A program made the position numbers and the translations under genes. The notes under the pieces are model-generated. The model was not told the DNA's origin, made no database searches, and saw only the letters and a list, made by a program, of their open reading frames with translations. Below are positions 1 to 8,592 of a stretch of DNA of 62,372 nt, piece after piece. Source of the stretch: Desulfuromonadales bacterium (lineage in GTDB: Bacteria > Desulfobacterota > Desulfuromonadia > Desulfuromonadales > UBA2197); NCBI GenBank assembly GCA_034370465.1, contig JAXMLA010000040.1, positions 1 through 62,372 of the forward strand, in the 5' to 3' direction. Each line of letters starts with the position of its first letter. Position 1 is the stretch's first letter.

Positions 1-40
1 CCCCCCCCCCCGGGGGGGGGGTGGTTTTGGGGGGGGGGGA
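1..40. other. Low-complexity C11/G10...G-run tract at the window/contig edge, probable sequencing or assembly artefact
   Basis: The sequence reads ccccccccccc ggggggggg gtggttttgg gggggggg. It has no coding signal and lies at the extreme 5-prime end. Confidence 0.6.
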
Positions 41-2242
41 AGTTTACTACGGAGTACCGGCGAAGCTTCACCCACCCCCCCACCCCCTCCCGTCAAGGGA
101 GGGGGAGTACGTCCGCCGCTGCAACTCTGGTTCGTCGATCGCCCCACCGGTAAAGCCGCCAACAAGGAGGCCAGCACCGAACGGATCGTCAGCGCCGTGG
201 CAGTGGAGATCGTCCGTCTCCTCAATTCCGGAGCGTGTCTGCGGACGGATGCGGGAGAGCGCCCTCTCAGCGCCGGCGATATCGCCGTCCTCGTCCGCAG
301 CAACCGCCAGGCTGCGGCCATGCAGGACCAGCTCCTGTCCTGCGGCGTGCCGGCGGTGCGGCAGGGGACGGAGAGCCTCTTTGCCGCCGCTGAAGTTGAA
401 GCACTGCTACGCACCCTTGCCGCCATCGTTGATCCGAGCGATACCGCCCTGGCCCGCGGCGCCCTGGCGAGCGGCCTCCTTGACTCTGACGCCGACGCCC
501 TGGCCCGGAGCGGCGATGATCCCGCTATTCTCGATAACTGGCTGCAACGTCTGCGCGACTATCACGACCTCTGGGCGCGGCGCGGCATCACCAGCCTGAG
601 CGGGGCGCTCTTTGCCGGGGAAGGGCTGGCGATGCGCTGTCTGACGCAGAAAGACGGTGAGCGGCGCCTGACCAACCTGCGCCATGCCTTCGAGGTGCTG
701 CACTGCGCCGAGAGTCGCGAAGGGCTGGGGATGGCCGGCCTCCTGACCTGGTTTTCGCGGCAGATCGCCGACCCGCCGGAGGGGGAGGAGTACCAGCTGC
801 GCCTGGAGACGGACGAATGTGCCGTGCAGGTTGTCACCATCCACCGCAGCAAGGGGCTGGAATATCCGGTCTGTTTCGTCCCTTTCTGCTGGAACGGTAG
901 CCAGCCTTTCCCAAAATTCAAGAATCAACCCTTTACCTTCCACGCCGCCTGCGACGACGGACCGGGGGAACTGACCCTCGATCTTGGCAGCCCGGCCGAA
1001 GAGCGTGACGAACATCGCGCCATCAACGTTCGCGAAGCCCTCGCCGAAAATCTCCGCCTCCTTTACGTGGCGATGACCCGTGCCCAGGCCCGCGTCTATC
1101 TGGTTTGGGGGGGATTAACCGGAGCCGAAAGTTCGGCCCCGGCCTGGCTGCTGCACGGGCCGGAGGAGGTTCAGTGTGGTGCTGAGGTAGCGCAGACCGA
1201 AGCACGCTTCAAGGAGCTGGACAATGGGGCGATTCGGGAGCGGTTGCTACCGTTGCTTTCCAACGGTAGCGGCGAAATTGTCGATCTTCCCCTCTATCCG
1301 CAGGTGGAACGCTTGAAGTTCGCCGCCGATGGGCACATCAAGCTGGCGCCCCTGCCGGTTCCGCCCACCATCAGCAACGACTGGCGTCTCTCCAGCTACT
1401 CAGCACTGGTCGCCGCCAGCACCCATCTCGCCGATGGTGAAGCCTGGAAAACCACGGAACGGGTCGGTGAAGAAGGGCCAGCCCGCCTGATCGAGAGCGT
1501 CGAGAGCGGGCCGAGCATCCACACCTTTCCGCGCGGCGCAGATCCCGGCAGCTGTCTGCACGACATCTTCGAGGTCATCGACTTCACTGCCGAAGAGGCG
1601 GAGGCAGAGCTTATTGAGAAGACCCTGGGCGCTTATGCCATCGACCCCGGCTGGAGCCCGGTGGTCAGCGAAATGCTCCGGAAAGTGCTGCACATCCCGC
1701 TTGACGGGGCTGATTTGCAGCTCAGTCGCGTCAGCCGCCGCGACCGCTGCAGTGAAATGGGCTTCTTCCTCCCCCTGACTGCGCTGCGTGCCGCCGGTCT
1801 CGCTGCGATCTTCCGGCGCCATCAAGCTGATCTCCCGGATCCGCGCATTGTTACCACCATCGCCAGCCTCAACTTCGAAACGGTTTCGGGGATGCTGCGC
1901 GGTTTCATCGACCTCGTCTTCACCTGCGCCGGCCGTTACTATCTCATCGACTGGAAATCGAATTATCTCGGTCCGAACAGCGCCGCTTACACGCAGGAGC
2001 GGATGCTGGAAGAGATGCTCAGCTCCGGTTATGTCCTCCAGTATCATCTTTATTGTGTCGCGCTCCATCGCCATCTCCGTCGCACCTTGCCGGGTTACGA
2101 CTATGAGGAGCACTTCGGCGGTGTCTTTTATCTCTTTTTGCGTGGGGTCGAGAGGAGTGGCGAGACCGGTATTTATCGCGATCGACCGAGCTTGGCTTTG
2201 ATTGAGGATCTGGATCGTTTGATGGGTGGGGTGGAATTATGA
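2..2242 (+). CDS. recB: Exodeoxyribonuclease V beta subunit RecB, C-terminal ~745 codons (5-prime end cut by window edge)
   Basis: The frame of ORF 197..2242 stays open back to nt 2. Helicase motifs VVTIHRSKGLEYPVCF and LLYVAMTRAQARVYLVW are present. PD-(D/E)XK nuclease motifs GFIDLVF, YYLIDWKSNYLG and QYHLYCVAL are present. recD follows. Confidence 0.93.
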   Translation, partial: PPPRGGGGFGGGGSLLRSTGEASPTPPPPPVKGGGVRPPLQLWFVDRPTGKAANKEASTERIVSAVAVEIVRLLNSGACLRTDAGERPLSAGDIAVLVRSNRQAAAMQDQLLSCGVPAVRQGTESLFAAAEVEALLRTLAAIVDPSDTALARGALASGLLDSDADALARSGDDPAILDNWLQRLRDYHDLWARRGITSLSGALFAGEGLAMRCLTQKDGERRLTNLRHAFEVLHCAESREGLGMAGLLTWFSRQIADPPEGEEYQLRLETDECAVQVVTIHRSKGLEYPVCFVPFCWNGSQPFPKFKNQPFTFHAACDDGPGELTLDLGSPAEERDEHRAINVREALAENLRLLYVAMTRAQARVYLVWGGLTGAESSAPAWLLHGPEEVQCGAEVAQTEARFKELDNGAIRERLLPLLSNGSGEIVDLPLYPQVERLKFAADGHIKLAPLPVPPTISNDWRLSSYSALVAASTHLADGEAWKTTERVGEEGPARLIESVESGPSIHTFPRGADPGSCLHDIFEVIDFTAEEAEAELIEKTLGAYAIDPGWSPVVSEMLRKVLHIPLDGADLQLSRVSRRDRCSEMGFFLPLTALRAAGLAAIFRRHQADLPDPRIVTTIASLNFETVSGMLRGFIDLVFTCAGRYYLIDWKSNYLGPNSAAYTQERMLEEMLSSGYVLQYHLYCVALHRHLRRTLPGYDYEEHFGGVFYLFLRGVERSGETGIYRDRPSLALIEDLDRLMGGVEL
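83..105. repeat. GC-rich hairpin ccccctccc-gtcaa-gggaggggg (REP-like motif, copy 1)
   Basis: Perfect 9-bp inverted repeat with a 5-nt loop. It resembles the hairpin at 17800-17818. Confidence 0.5.
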
Positions 2243-2309
2243 AAAGCAAAACTCCCTCACCCGGCCTGCGGCCACCCTCTCCCGGAGGGCGAGGGGAACC
2301 TTTTGTTTC

Positions 2310-2346
2310 CCTTCTCCCTGAGGACCCACAGGCCTAAAGGAGAAGG
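2310..2346. repeat. Hairpin ccttctcc-N21-ggagaagg inside the 160-bp recB-recD spacer, next to a cctctccc/gagggg motif at ~2275-2296
   Basis: 8-bp perfect inverted repeat read directly. The spacer is non-coding and G/C-rich, with PLSPxxGEG-type repeat composition. Confidence 0.45.
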
Positions 2347-2403
2347 TGCCTCGAAGAGGCGGATGAGGGGGGAAAGCTGCAAAATGATTGTAAGGATTTT
2401 CGT

Positions 2404-4176
2404 ATGACAAGTCACAACTTCGAACCTGTAGAAACATCTCCAGTCGCCCGTCACTTTGTCGGCCTGCTGGCACGCCTCGCTCCGCACGATCCGCCGATCG
2501 TTGGAGAGCTGACAGCGCGTCTGCTGAGCGCCGGGGAGAGCGGGGATGTCTGCCTCGACCTGCGGCAGGAACCAGAGGCGGAAGCTTTGATCACTGCCCT
2601 GCAACAATCATCCATCATCGGTGCACCGGGGGAGTGGAAGCCCCTCATTCTCGATGCTGCCGGCCGTCTTTACCTTTACCGGCAGTGGGAGGCGGAATAT
2701 CTCCTTGCCGGCGAACTGACCGCGCGGGCGCAGGGGCTGCGGGAGGATGTCGATCTGGAAGTTCTGTCCGGCGGTTTGCTGCGTCTCTTCCCTCTGCGCA
2801 ACAACGGCAGCCCGGACGAACAGGCCCTGGCTGCCGCCACCGCCGTGCTCAAGAACTTGACCGTCATCAGCGGCGGGCCGGGGACGGGGAAGACGACGAC
2901 CGTGGTCAAGGTTCTCGCTCTCCTCCTTGAACAGAGCACAATCCCGCTGCGCATCGCCCTTACCGCTCCGACCGGCAAGGCTGCCGCCCGCCTGCGCGAA
3001 TCGATCAGCCGCGCCCGCACTGCGCTCCCCTGCACCGCGGCGGTACGGGAGACGATCCCGGTCGAGACGAAGACGCTCCATCGCCTCCTTGGCGCCAATG
3101 CCCAGGGGACGGCTTTCCGTTACGGCGCCGAACGCCAGCTGCGGGTCGATGTTGTTGTCCTCGACGAAGCGTCGATGGTCAATCTCGCGCTGATGCGGCA
3201 ATTGGTCAGCGCCCTGCCGAAAACAGCGCAGTTGATCATCCTCGGTGACCGCGATCAGCTTGCATCGGTCGAAGCCGGGGCGGTTCTGGATGATATCTGC
3301 GGGGCAGGGGAAGGGGGACGTTCGGCGGAATTTGCGACGTTGCTGGTGGGACTCTTCACTGGTAGGGGCGCCCCTTGTGGGTGCCCTGCTTCTCCCGGCG
3401 GTCTCGCCGATGCCATCGTCACCCTCAGAGAGAGTCGGCGCTTCACTGCCCAGGGCGGGATCGGCAGCCTTTGCCGGGCCCTCAACGCCGGCGAGGGAGA
3501 AGCGGCGCTGCAGCTGCTGCGCAGTGACGATCCGCAACTGAGCTGGGCCGATCTCCCTGAGCCGGCGGCGCTGATAACGGCATTGGCCGAAGAGGTCGAT
3601 GCCTGGGTCGGTAACTATCTGGCGGCGGAGAATCCGCAGGAGGCTTTGCAGCGTTTCTCTAACTTCATGCTCCTCACCGCCCTGCGTCAAGGACCCTTTG
3701 GCAGCACCGCCCTCAATCCGGCGCTCGAACAGCTGCTGGTCCGCCGCCAGCGCATCGCCAGCAACAAGCTCTGGTACGCCGGCCGGCCGGTGATGATCAC
3801 CCGCAATGCCCCGGCTCAGGATCTCTTTAACGGCGATATCGGCCTTTGTCTCCCCGACCCCGCCGCCAATGGCGCGTTGCGGGTCTTCTTCCTCACCGTT
3901 ACTGGCGAGGTGCGGGGATTGGCGCCCCTGACTATGCCGGCGCACGAAACCGCCTTTGCTATGACCGTCCACAAAAGCCAGGGCTCGGAGTTTAGCCGCG
4001 TCCTGCTGATTCTGCCGGGGCAGCGGTCGGCCATTCTCACCCGCGAACTCCTTTATACTGCGGTCAGTCGGGCGCGCGATTCGTTGAAGGTTTTCGGGGT
4101 AGGCGAGGTTCTGGTGGCGGCGTGTCGTGAGCGGATCAAGCGGACATCGGGTCTGCGCGAAGAGTTGGGGAGCTAA
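2404..4176 (+). CDS. recD: Exodeoxyribonuclease V alpha subunit RecD
   Basis: Walker A VISGGPGTGKTTTV, VVVLDEASMV, ILGDRDQLASVEAG, AMTVHKSQGSEF and LYTAVSRAR. The gene sits downstream of recB. Confidence 0.93.
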   Translation: MTSHNFEPVETSPVARHFVGLLARLAPHDPPIVGELTARLLSAGESGDVCLDLRQEPEAEALITALQQSSIIGAPGEWKPLILDAAGRLYLYRQWEAEYLLAGELTARAQGLREDVDLEVLSGGLLRLFPLRNNGSPDEQALAAATAVLKNLTVISGGPGTGKTTTVVKVLALLLEQSTIPLRIALTAPTGKAAARLRESISRARTALPCTAAVRETIPVETKTLHRLLGANAQGTAFRYGAERQLRVDVVVLDEASMVNLALMRQLVSALPKTAQLIILGDRDQLASVEAGAVLDDICGAGEGGRSAEFATLLVGLFTGRGAPCGCPASPGGLADAIVTLRESRRFTAQGGIGSLCRALNAGEGEAALQLLRSDDPQLSWADLPEPAALITALAEEVDAWVGNYLAAENPQEALQRFSNFMLLTALRQGPFGSTALNPALEQLLVRRQRIASNKLWYAGRPVMITRNAPAQDLFNGDIGLCLPDPAANGALRVFFLTVTGEVRGLAPLTMPAHETAFAMTVHKSQGSEFSRVLLILPGQRSAILTRELLYTAVSRARDSLKVFGVGEVLVAACRERIKRTSGLREELGS

Positions 4177-4196
4177 CGGCAGGAATTACTCGCCCC

Positions 4197-4952
4197 CTAC
4201 AACCGTCCCAGCATCCGCAGCAACCCGTCGAGCACCGTGTAAGGATGGGGGGGGCAGCCGGGGATGTAAAGATCGACGGGGAGGAGATCCCCGATGCCGT
4301 TATGGACTTCCGGGCTGTTGGCGAAGGGGCCGCCGCTGATCGCGCAGGCGCCGGAGGCGATGACGATCTTCGGTTCCGGGACGGCGGCGTAGGTGTCGAG
4401 AAGGGCGCTGCGCATATTCTCTGTGACCGGGCCGGTGACGAGCAGGCCGTCGGCATGGCGGGGGGAGGCGACGAACTGGATGCCGAAGCGGCCGAGATCG
4501 AAGACCAGGGTGCCGAGGACATTGATGTCGGCTTCGCAGGCATTGCAGCCGCCGGCCGAGACCTGGCGCAGCTTCAGCGAGCGGCCGAAGAGGCGCAGCA
4601 TTTTGGCGTGGAGGGCGGTTGCCAGTTGTCCTTCCTTCTCCCCTGTCCACAACCACTGGCGTTGACTGGCGGCGAGACGGTGATCAGTGCTGAAAGATAA
4701 AGCGCCGTGCGGGCAGGCGGTTGCACACTCCGGGCAGAAGAGACAGCGGCCGAGGTCGATCTGCAGGGCATTGTCGCGCCGGGCGAGGGCGGCAAAGGGA
4801 CAGCGCGCCAGGCAGTCCTGACAATCTGGCGGGCATTTTTCCTGATCAATAATCGGCCGTCCCCGGAATCGTGCCGGGAGGGTCGGTGCTTCCTGCGGGT
4901 ACTTTCCGGTGCGGTGTCCTTGGCGGATGCGCTCACGAATGATGCTCAGCAT
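4197..4952 (-). CDS. Fusion of a HycF/HyfH-like 2x[4Fe-4S] ferredoxin module and a NuoB/HycG/HyfI-like small subunit
   Basis: The N-terminus RTGKYPQEAPTLPARFRGRP with CPPDCQDCLARCP and CLFCPECATACP is HycF-like. The C-terminal domain carries GGCNACEADI, ASGACAISGGPF and IPGCPPHP, which are NuoB/HycG cluster ligands. Confidence 0.88.
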   Translation of the reverse strand: MLSIIRERIRQGHRTGKYPQEAPTLPARFRGRPIIDQEKCPPDCQDCLARCPFAALARRDNALQIDLGRCLFCPECATACPHGALSFSTDHRLAASQRQWLWTGEKEGQLATALHAKMLRLFGRSLKLRQVSAGGCNACEADINVLGTLVFDLGRFGIQFVASPRHADGLLVTGPVTENMRSALLDTYAAVPEPKIVIASGACAISGGPFANSPEVHNGIGDLLPVDLYIPGCPPHPYTVLDGLLRMLGRL

Positions 4953-4963
4953 GGTAAGACTCC

Positions 4964-6493
4964 TTACAGATCAAAGCCGCAATACGACAGATTAAAGCTC
5001 TTGTTGCACAAGGGAAAGTCGGAAATCTGTTGGTCGCGTAACGCCATCGCCAGACCGCTCCAGTTATGGAAGGAGGGGTCGATAATTTTGTAGCGATCGA
5101 ATTTCCCCGCAGCATCGGTGATCCCCACCTGCACCAACTCCCCCCGCCAACCTTCGACCATCGCCACCGCCAGAGTATCCGCCGCCAGGGGCGGAAGTTC
5201 GCGCCGCAGCTCTCCCCGCGGGAGATCCCGTAAACTTTGTTTGAGCCAATGCAGCGATTTATAGATTTCCCGGCGGCGGATATTGGCGCGGGCAAAGACG
5301 TCACCGCTATCCTCGATCACGCAGTGGTCGTAGGTTTCGATATAGCCGCCGTAGGGATAGTGCAGCCGCACATCCCGGGTCAGACCGCAGGCGCGCGCCG
5401 CTAACCCGACAATCCCCAGAGCCTCGGCGTCATCGATGCTCAGGGTGCCGATCCGTTCCATGCGCGACAGGGCCGAGGGGGCGTCGAAGAAGAGTTCGAT
5501 GGCGCCGCGGGTCTCCGTTTCAATGATGTGCAAGCGGTTCAGCATGCGCGCAGCGAGGTCATCATCAAGAGCAAAACCGACCCCGCCGGGGCGCATCAGG
5601 CCACGGCCGAAGCGACTGCCGCAAATTTCCGCGGTGAGGTTGAGGTAGTCGCCGCGCAGCCGTCCGCAGAAAGAGGCGGTCGGTAAAAAACCGACATCGC
5701 CGGCCAGGGCGCCGATATCGCCGACATGATTGGCTAAACGTTCGAGTTCGAGGGCGATCGCCCGGATCGCCTCGGCGCGGGGGGAGGGAGCAATTCCCGC
5801 CAGCGTTTCGAGGACCATGCAGTAGGCGCTGGTATGCCCGGCGGTGGTATCGCCGGCGACGGTTTCGAGTTGATAGATTGATGTTGGATGCGGACCACCG
5901 AGCAGGAGCTGTTCGACGCCGCGATGCTGATAGCCGAGGGAGATCTCCAGGTGCATGACGTTTTCGCCGTGACACTGAAAACGGAAGTGCCCCGGTTCGA
6001 TCACCCCGGCATGGACCGGACCGACGGCAACTTCATGGACTTCCTCTCCTTCGACCCGATAATAATCCATCTCCCCCGGCAGCGGTCTTTCCTCGCCGCG
6101 ATTCCAGGCGTCGCTGCCGGCGCGCCAAGGGCGATGGAAGCGGACCGGCTTGAACCAGGGGTGACCGGTCGGGACGACCCCGTAGGTTTCGGCAATCTCC
6201 CGTTCAAAGAGGTGGAGTTGCGGGCAGAGCGGGGTGAGGGAGGGGAAGCTGCGGCCGATGGTGCAGCGCAGAATCAGCAGTTCCCCTTCCCAGCAGCGGG
6301 CGATGATGGCAAAGAGTTCGAGATCATCCCCTTGCGGCAGCGGCCGTGCAAAGTAGGCGGCAATCCGCCCCCCTTCCTTGCACAATTCGAGACAGAGTTC
6401 ACCAAAGCGACTATATGCCAGAACCGGGAGGGTGGTCAGGGCAATAGATCCGGGATTTTTAGCGATCTTGCCAAATTCTTGCGGAGTCATCAT
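4964..6493 (-). CDS. HycE/HyfG/NuoCD-like large subunit lacking the NiFe cysteine ligands (Ehr-type)
   Basis: GPVHAGVIEPGHFRF and LGYQHRGVE are present. I set the start at ATG 6493, which forms an ATGA overlap with the upstream stop at 6490-6492. The protein has VAGDTTAGH where RxCGxCxxxH is expected. The C-terminus is FNLSYCGFDL where DPCxxCxxR is expected. Confidence 0.88.
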   Translation of the reverse strand: MMTPQEFGKIAKNPGSIALTTLPVLAYSRFGELCLELCKEGGRIAAYFARPLPQGDDLELFAIIARCWEGELLILRCTIGRSFPSLTPLCPQLHLFEREIAETYGVVPTGHPWFKPVRFHRPWRAGSDAWNRGEERPLPGEMDYYRVEGEEVHEVAVGPVHAGVIEPGHFRFQCHGENVMHLEISLGYQHRGVEQLLLGGPHPTSIYQLETVAGDTTAGHTSAYCMVLETLAGIAPSPRAEAIRAIALELERLANHVGDIGALAGDVGFLPTASFCGRLRGDYLNLTAEICGSRFGRGLMRPGGVGFALDDDLAARMLNRLHIIETETRGAIELFFDAPSALSRMERIGTLSIDDAEALGIVGLAARACGLTRDVRLHYPYGGYIETYDHCVIEDSGDVFARANIRRREIYKSLHWLKQSLRDLPRGELRRELPPLAADTLAVAMVEGWRGELVQVGITDAAGKFDRYKIIDPSFHNWSGLAMALRDQQISDFPLCNKSFNLSYCGFDL

Positions 6494-7914
6494 TGCACCT
6501 CCAACAGGACGACGGCATCTTCGAGTAAACGGCGCAGCGGCGGCGGGAGATAAAGCCCGAGCAGCAGAACCAGGAGGAGAAGGAGCAGGGGGGGCGCCAC
6601 CAGCAGAAAAGTATCCTGGAAGGCCGGATCGGTGGTGGCGTCCGGCGTCCCCTGCACCATCCCCAGCACTGTCGATCCCATGCCGATAAAGACGATCGCC
6701 AGCAGGAGGAGGAAGGCCCCGGCCAGCCAGTAATGATTGTCGGCAAAGATGCCGCGCAGAATCGTAAACTCGCTGATAAACGGCCCGAAGGGGGGCGAAC
6801 CGGTCACCGCGAAGAAGCCGGCGAGAAAGATCGTCCCCGAGATCGGCAGCCGCCGCATGGCGCCATGAATGTCGGTAATCTTCTTGCTGGCAAAGGCGCG
6901 ATGGATATTGCCGACCGAAAGGAACATGCACCCCTTGGTCAGGGCATTATTGACCAGATGCAACAGGGCGCCGAAGGTGGCGAGGCCGCCGATGCCGATA
7001 CCGATGGCAAGGATCCCCATATGCTCGACACTCGAATAAGCGAGCATCCGCTTCACATCGTTCTGACGTACCATGAAGATGGCGGCGACCAGCAGGGAGA
7101 GGACACCGAGAACGAGGAGTTGCTGCCGGGCCAAATCCCCGAGCCCGGCGGCATTCATCACCTGCACGGCGCGCAGGATGGCGAGAAAGGAGATACTCGT
7201 CAACCCGCCGGCCAGGAGAGCGCCGATCATCCCCGGTGCTTCTCCATAAGCGTCCGGCTTCCAGCTGTGCAGCGGCGCCAGTCCCATCTTGGTGCCGAAT
7301 CCGACGAGCAGGAAGACAAAGCCGGCCCGCAGCCAGGCGGTGGAAAGGGCCGAACTCTCGGCCAGGAGGTGGTCAAATTGCAGGGTCACCTCGACCCCTC
7401 CCAGCAGCGCCGCATAAGCAAGAAAGAGCATGCCGAGGAGGGCGAGGGCAATACCGACAGAACAGATCAGGAGATACTTCCAGGTCGCTTCTATCGATAA
7501 GCGGTTGCGGTTGTAATAGATCAGCGGAGCGCTGGCGATCGTCGTCGCCTCGACCGCCATCCACAGGAGCCCGAGGTGGCGGGCTGCTGTGGCCAGGGTC
7601 ATCGCCGACAGAAAGATCAGCAGACAGGCGACGATGGTGCGGGTCCCCCGATCGCTGCGCAGTTGCAGATAGCTGACAGCATAGATCGAACAGGCAAAGT
7701 ACAGGGTCGAGGTCACCAGCAGAACGAGCAGTGACAAGGCATCGAGACCGATCCAGAGATTGCCGGTGAGGGGATTGCAGGCGATGACCACTACGTCGCC
7801 GAGATGCAGGGTGCCGGCCAGGGGGAGGAGCCAGCAGCGCAATCGTTCTGACGGCAGAAATAGAGCCAGCGTGCCGAGCAACAAAGGGAAGAGGATCAGA
7901 AAAAGGAGCATCAT
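6490..7914 (-). CDS. NuoM/NuoN/HyfF-like antiporter-type membrane subunit
   Basis: 474-aa polytopic protein with LAYSSVEHMGILAIGIG and WKPDAYGEAPG motifs typical of the NuoLMN/Mrp family. It abuts the neighbouring genes with no gap. Confidence 0.85.
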   Translation of the reverse strand: MMLLFLILFPLLLGTLALFLPSERLRCWLLPLAGTLHLGDVVVIACNPLTGNLWIGLDALSLLVLLVTSTLYFACSIYAVSYLQLRSDRGTRTIVACLLIFLSAMTLATAARHLGLLWMAVEATTIASAPLIYYNRNRLSIEATWKYLLICSVGIALALLGMLFLAYAALLGGVEVTLQFDHLLAESSALSTAWLRAGFVFLLVGFGTKMGLAPLHSWKPDAYGEAPGMIGALLAGGLTSISFLAILRAVQVMNAAGLGDLARQQLLVLGVLSLLVAAIFMVRQNDVKRMLAYSSVEHMGILAIGIGIGGLATFGALLHLVNNALTKGCMFLSVGNIHRAFASKKITDIHGAMRRLPISGTIFLAGFFAVTGSPPFGPFISEFTILRGIFADNHYWLAGAFLLLLAIVFIGMGSTVLGMVQGTPDATTDPAFQDTFLLVAPPLLLLLLVLLLGLYLPPPLRRLLEDAVVLLEVQ

Positions 7915-8556
7915 CTATTCCTTTAACGCCGAAAGACGTTCGGTATTCACCGTCGAGAATTCGCGATTGATCTGGTTAATGACGATCCCCATGACAAAGA
8001 TGCCGACCATCATGTCGAGAAGGACCCCGGCCTCGACCATTAGTGGCATCGCTTCAGAGAGGAGGATGCCGAAGATGAAGATGCCGTTTTCAAGGATGAG
8101 ATAGCCGACGACCTGGGTGATCGCTTTGCGCCGGGTCATGAGCAGGAGAAATCCGCTGAAAAAGGTCGCTAATGCAGTTGGGATAAAGAGACTGCCGCGG
8201 TGTTCGGCAATCAGCGGCAGGTAATTGGCAAAGATGAAAGCGCCGGACGTGACCAGGGCGCCAAGGGCGAGGGTCGGGATAAAACCGATCAGCGGTTCCA
8301 TCTCGCGACGGATACGCACTTCGCGGATGGTGCGGGTGAGCAGGGTCGGAATCAGGATCGCCTTGATCAGCAGTGCCCAGAAAGAGAGGATCAGGGTGTG
8401 CAGGGAAAGTCCGTGCGCCACCAAGGGCAGCAAGGCCAACAGTCCCCCCTGGATGGCGACGGCACGGATACAGGCGACCAGACGCGAGGTGCCGAGGGTG
8501 TAGAAGTTGATCAGCACCACCAGCAGCAGGATAAGATTACCCAGTTCGATCATCAT
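7915..8556 (-). CDS. HyfE-like small polytopic membrane subunit
   Basis: 213 aa and entirely hydrophobic. Its size and its position between the HyfC-like and HyfF-like genes match E. coli hyfE. Confidence 0.65.
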   Translation of the reverse strand: MMIELGNLILLLVVLINFYTLGTSRLVACIRAVAIQGGLLALLPLVAHGLSLHTLILSFWALLIKAILIPTLLTRTIREVRIRREMEPLIGFIPTLALGALVTSGAFIFANYLPLIAEHRGSLFIPTALATFFSGFLLLMTRRKAITQVVGYLILENGIFIFGILLSEAMPLMVEAGVLLDMMVGIFVMGIVINQINREFSTVNTERLSALKE

Positions 8557-8592
8557 TGAAAAATCTCCCGTCGCAGCTTAAAAAATCCGACC

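Noticed and set aside
21-599. A 192-aa ORF in frame 0 at the window start.
   Set aside because: It starts in the poly-G artefact. It is Pro/Arg/Ala/Ser-rich and overlaps the recB frame, which has clear homology.
2608-3972. Long antisense or alternative-frame ORFs inside well-supported genes. Examples are 2608..3972 (454 aa), 11171..12295, 16663..17826, 24058..25407, 33771..34976, 38916..40199 and 45700..46983.
   Set aside because: Their composition (R/G/P/A/D-rich, no recognisable motifs) is typical of open frames opposite high-GC genes. The other strand carries unambiguous homologues in each case (recD, the nuoL-like gene, ppc, the aas-like gene, HD-GYP, bioF, argJ).
4964-6931. The 655-aa version of the large-subunit ORF, as listed in the ORF track with its start at 6931.
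   Set aside because: The first 146 codons overlap the 3-prime end of the upstream NuoN/HyfF-like gene and are Arg/Ala/Gly/Pro-rich GC noise. Homology begins at MMTPQEF. The ATG at 6493 forms a classic ATGA overlap with the upstream stop.
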